Source of the DNA: an uncultured delta proteobacterium
Lineage (GTDB): Bacteria > Myxococcota_A > Polyangia > Polyangiales > Polyangiaceae
DNA length: 64,000 nucleotides
Direction of reading: 5' to 3'
Assembly: GCA_963850305.1 (NCBI GenBank)
Contig: CAWKKR010000008.1
Span: forward strand, 544,001-608,000
Part shown: in pieces, positions 60,773-64,000 of the stretch
How positions within the stretch are numbered: position 1 is the stretch's first letter
Layout: each line of letters starts with the position of its first letter
Notes under the pieces: model-generated
Told to the model about the DNA's origin: nothing
Database searches by the model: none
Seen by the model: only the letters and a program-made list of their open reading frames with translations
Translations under genes and position numbers: made by a program

Positions 60773-61062
60773 CAGCCTGCCTCGTGATTCGGGCAACGAG
60801 CCCCTACTCCAACCCAAACAGGGTGCGCCATGCATTGCCACCTTCGCGACGAAGACTCAAGCTAACACGATACTCTCGAACCCTCGTCGAGCGACACTCG
60901 ACGAGCGTCAGGGCGATCTCGAACGATGCTCGGTCTCACCCCGAACACACCTCGAACGGAGAAAGTTCGATGAGAGGAGAATCCCATCGAAATTTCCGTC
61001 TCGGCGGGAAGGGTTTCGCGGACGCCGCCGTGTCTTGACGGACCTTCAGCGCGCGCTTCACC

Positions 61063-62170
61063 ATGCCCGTGATGACGCCGTTGCAGACTCCATATACGCA
61101 CCCGGCAGCAACCACGCTGATTCGCACGTCGTTCGTAGCTGCGCTCCTGCTGAGCGCAGGGTGCTCGAGCGGCGCATCATCGACCAAGGGTGGGACGCAC
61201 GATTCGGCAGGAACCGACGCGGGCGCCGCGGGAGGCGGGAGCGGGAGCGGGGGCGTTAGCAGTGCGGGCGGCAGCAACGACAGCGCGGACAGCAATGGCG
61301 GGAGCCGCAACGGCAGCGGGGGCAGCGGGGGCAGCGGGGAAGTTAGCAGCGGGGGCAGCAACGGCAGCGGGGGCAGCGGGGAAGTTAGCAGCGGGGGTAG
61401 CAACGGCAACGGGGGCAGCAACGGCAAGGTGGATGGTGGCGCACAGGGCAAGACTTGCAAGCGCGGCATCGCCGCGAACACGGCGCCCGGTGCGGCGTTC
61501 TCGCGGGAAGATCACCTGGTGGTACAATTGGGCAACTCAGGGAACCGGCGAAGGAGCCAGCATCGAGTTCACACCGATGATCTGGGGGACGGGGAGCCTG
61601 AACGCGAAGATCGAACCCGACTCGAAATTCCTGCTCACGTTCAACGAGCCGAACTTCATGTCGCAGTCCAATCTCACGCCGGCTCAGGCCGCAGCAGATT
61701 GGCCCCAGATCGAGGCACGGGCCGCCGAGCAGAACCTACCGATCGTGAGCCCGGCGATGAACTTCTGCGGCCCCGCCGCCCAGTGCAACGGCACGGACCC
61801 GTATCAGTATCTGAAAGACTTCTTCGCCGCGTGCACCGACTGCAAGGTCGATTACGTCGCGGTGCACTGGTACAATTGCGATCTCCCGTCGCTCGAGGAT
61901 TACCTCGAGCCCGGCGGGAATCTCGAGGGGTTCGAGCAGTTCGGCAAGCCCATCTGGCTCACCGAGTTCTCCTGTGACGGCAGCGCGTCGGTCGCGGACC
62001 AGGAAACGTACATGAAAGCTGCGGTCCCTTACCTGGAGGCAAGCCCGTTCGTGTATCGCTACTCGTGGTTCAGCGCGGATCCGATCCCGAACGCGAAGCT
62101 CATCAACGCGGACGGTTCGCCGACGGATCTCGGCAAGGTGTACGCGGGGCTTCCGCAGAGCTGCGACTGA
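61063..62170 (+). CDS. Lipoprotein glycoside hydrolase, GH128/Glyco_hydro_cc-like (frameshift near 61500)
   Basis: LSAGC lipobox, Gly/Ser linker and CKRGIA in the 61063 frame; WWYNW, PMIWG, FNEP, VHWY, PIWLTEF, RYSWF in the 61190 frame. Confidence 0.85.
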
Positions 62171-62226
62171 GGTCCCTTCGCGCCCGCAGCCTTGGTTGCG
62201 CAACGTGAGCGGAAGGCGTGCGCTAA

Positions 62227-62763
62227 CTACACGCCGCCGGTGCCCATGTTCATGCCGCCGCCAGTGCCCATGTTCATGCCGCCGCCGGTGCCCATGTTCA
62301 TGCCGCCGCCAGTGCCCATGTTCATGCCGCCGCCAGTGCCCATGTTCATGCCGCCGCCAGTGCCCATGTTCATGCCGCCGCCGGTGCCCATGTTCATGCC
62401 GCCAGCGTCCATGCCGCCGTCGGTACAAGGCCCCATCATCATGTCCATCGATCCGTCGCTGAGCGAGGCCGCGCTGTTACAGGTCGTCATGCACGAATTG
62501 AGCTGCGACTGGCACTGCGACTCGATCCCGGTCTCCATGCCCGTCACGTGACAATCGTGCACCGCCCCGGGACTGCCGTCGTCCTTCGGCATGCAGGCCA
62601 TCGAAATCTGCTGGCACGCGGGCCCGAGCTCGCAAAAGCCCTTCATCGTGCCCGTGTCGTCGGCCGTCGTGTTCTTGCTGCTGTTGCTCGAACACGCGGA
62701 GCTCAGTGCGAGCGGGAGCACGAGGGCGATACAAGTAAAGATTCGGTTCGGCGCTTTCGACAT
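62227..62763 (-). CDS. Cys/Met-rich lipoprotein with (GGGMNMGT)n tail
   Basis: GAGGAG RBS, SSAC lipobox, Cys-rich core, seven MNMGT repeats. Confidence 0.8.
   Translation of the reverse strand: MSKAPNRIFTCIALVLPLALSSACSSNSSKNTTADDTGTMKGFCELGPACQQISMACMPKDDGSPGAVHDCHVTGMETGIESQCQSQLNSCMTTCNSAASLSDGSMDMMMGPCTDGGMDAGGMNMGTGGGMNMGTGGGMNMGTGGGMNMGTGGGMNMGTGGGMNMGTGGGMNMGTGGV
62233..62404. repeat. 24-bp coding tandem repeat x7
   Basis: Unit GTGCCCATGTTCATGCCGCCGCC(A/G). Confidence 0.95.
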
Positions 62764-63050
62764 GGCTCCTCGAAGGGTACGGGTGGAGAGGGTCATAAAC
62801 GAGGGAGAATATCTTTCCGGAGCTGACGCCATGTGTCCCTGTGGCATGTCGTCGCACCCAGTACTGTGGGCACATCCGGCGGCACATTGGTCGGCTCTTT
62901 TTCGACCCCGGGGGACCCACGGCAGAGTGACGAGCGGGGTCCGCGACTTCTGCTTGAAACACGGGGGCTGACGGAGACGTCCCCGTCGCAGGCAGAGGGT
63001 GGGAAAAGGCCTCGATTTTGCTCGCTGGCGGGTGCCGAACGAGTGCGTGG

Positions 63051-63521
63051 TCACTGGCCCATACCTGATTCCGAACCCCCCGCGCCGTACAGGTACGGCG
63101 CGAGATGCGGCGTCGCCTCTTCCGTCAGGAAATCCGTAACCACCCGCGTGCCAGCGGCCGAGAGCAGCGCTACACCTCGGCCCTGGTTCTTCGGGTGCGG
63201 ATCGATGAGAGCGATGTAGACAGCGCCAATCCGCCGCGCGATGAGTGCCTTCGCACACGACGGCGTGCGCTGATGAAAAGCGCAGGGTTCCAGGGTCACG
63301 AACGCGATCACATCGTCGAGATCGCCGTCCATTTGCGCGAGCGCGAACGGCTCGGCGTGCGGCTGATAGGGGGGCTGAGTGAAGCCTCTCGCGACGATCG
63401 CGTCACCGCGAACCAGGACGCAGCCCACCGGGGGATTTGGCCGGCACGCGGGCAGTGCCTTCTGCCCTTCGGCGATCGCTTCACGCATGAAATAACGGAG
63501 GCGTTCATCGGGCACGGTCAC
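63051..63521 (-). CDS. Stand-alone RibD-like deaminase domain protein
   Basis: PNPPVGCVLV, HAE, TLEPC..RTPSC, DP; no reductase domain. Confidence 0.88.
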   Translation of the reverse strand: MTVPDERLRYFMREAIAEGQKALPACRPNPPVGCVLVRGDAIVARGFTQPPYQPHAEPFALAQMDGDLDDVIAFVTLEPCAFHQRTPSCAKALIARRIGAVYIALIDPHPKNQGRGVALLSAAGTRVVTDFLTEEATPHLAPYLYGAGGSESGMGQ

Positions 63522-63729
63522 GATCGCGAACTTAGACCCAGCGCCCGACTGGGTCGATCATGGGAGCAGGCATCGCCGGGGTGGCACCGGTCGGATTCCC
63601 CCCGGGCGCGGCGCGGCTGCGCGGCGCGGCCTTGGGGGGAATCGGCCGAGCGCGCCCGGGCGCGAGGACGATGGGGGGCATCGCCAGAGAAAGAAGCTTC
63701 GTCTCTGGATCTCGCGCGGCGAGCGAATC

Positions 63730-64000
63730 TCACGGAATGACGCAGATGAAATTCGTGCACACGGCGGCGCCGCAGCCTTCGAGCAGGCAATCGAAGACCG
63801 GGTCGATGCAGATCTTTTGCGCGCACTCGGCCTTCAGCGTCTGTCCTGCATCAGGCGATGACATGGTGCCGCCCCCAGCGCCGAAGGAGGGCAGCCCACC
63901 GAGGCCGAGCCCCCCTGCTCCCGTCGCGTAGCCGCCGCTGCCGGTGGAGTAACCGCCGCTGCCGGTGGGGTAACCGCCGCTGCCGGTGGAGTAGCCGCCA
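63730..64000 (-). CDS. C-terminus of Gly-rich, Cys-rich secreted protein (partial) with 21-bp repeats
   Basis: Manual translation: (GGYSTGS)n..AECAQKICIDPVFDCLLEGCGAAVCTNFICVIP*; repeats at 63928-64000. Confidence 0.7.
   Translation of the reverse strand, partial: GGYSTGSGGYPTGSGGYSTGSGGYATGAGGLGLGGLPSFGAGGGTMSSPDAGQTLKAECAQKICIDPVFDCLLEGCGAAVCTNFICVIP

Noticed and set aside
61200..61440. Gly/Ser repeats as a separate element
   Set aside because: Ordinary low-complexity linker of the glycoside hydrolase lipoprotein.
62770..63040. Riboswitch upstream of the Met-rich lipoprotein
   Set aside because: No conserved motifs of known riboswitch classes recognised.
45880..64000. Intact prophage or integrative element at tRNA-Leu
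   Set aside because: No integrase, phage genes or attR duplicate seen by eye.

Overview
High-GC bacterial DNA whose gene content points to Myxococcota, probably Polyangiaceae-like (Ser/Thr kinases with PEGA/TPR partners, FHA, PilZ, many Cys-rich lipoproteins); the taxonomy is inference. From 1 to 8 kb lies the start of a hybrid NRPS/PKS cluster on the minus strand (A-T-KS-AT | ACP-aminotransferase | C domain running off the window), whose aminotransferase lacks the PLP-binding lysine. From 8 to 45.9 kb is mostly core chromosome: dnaJ, a MinD-like/J-like/HTH fusion, DsbA-like, DnaQ-like, bfd/bfr flanking a Fur-like palindrome, three GT-C-like membrane proteins, tsaD, aguB/aguA, fabF, DAHP synthase, quinone oxidoreductase and tRNA-Leu(TAG). 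The standout is 31164-31907: a Zn-finger protein with two tandem Bd0055-like bacterial histone folds (a single-chain histone doublet), placed directly after a hot-dog-fold gene and followed by an array of hairpin-forming 21-bp repeats. After tRNA-Leu comes a patchwork accessory region: a DAC/DisA_N-like protein, hemerythrin, transposase scars, a triheme cytochrome c-YeeE fusion, a SET-domain protein and secreted lipoproteins. Several genes carry single-base frameshifts, most likely long-read assembly errors. No CRISPR array, rRNA or intact integrase was seen. All calls come from motif recognition by eye; no searches were run.
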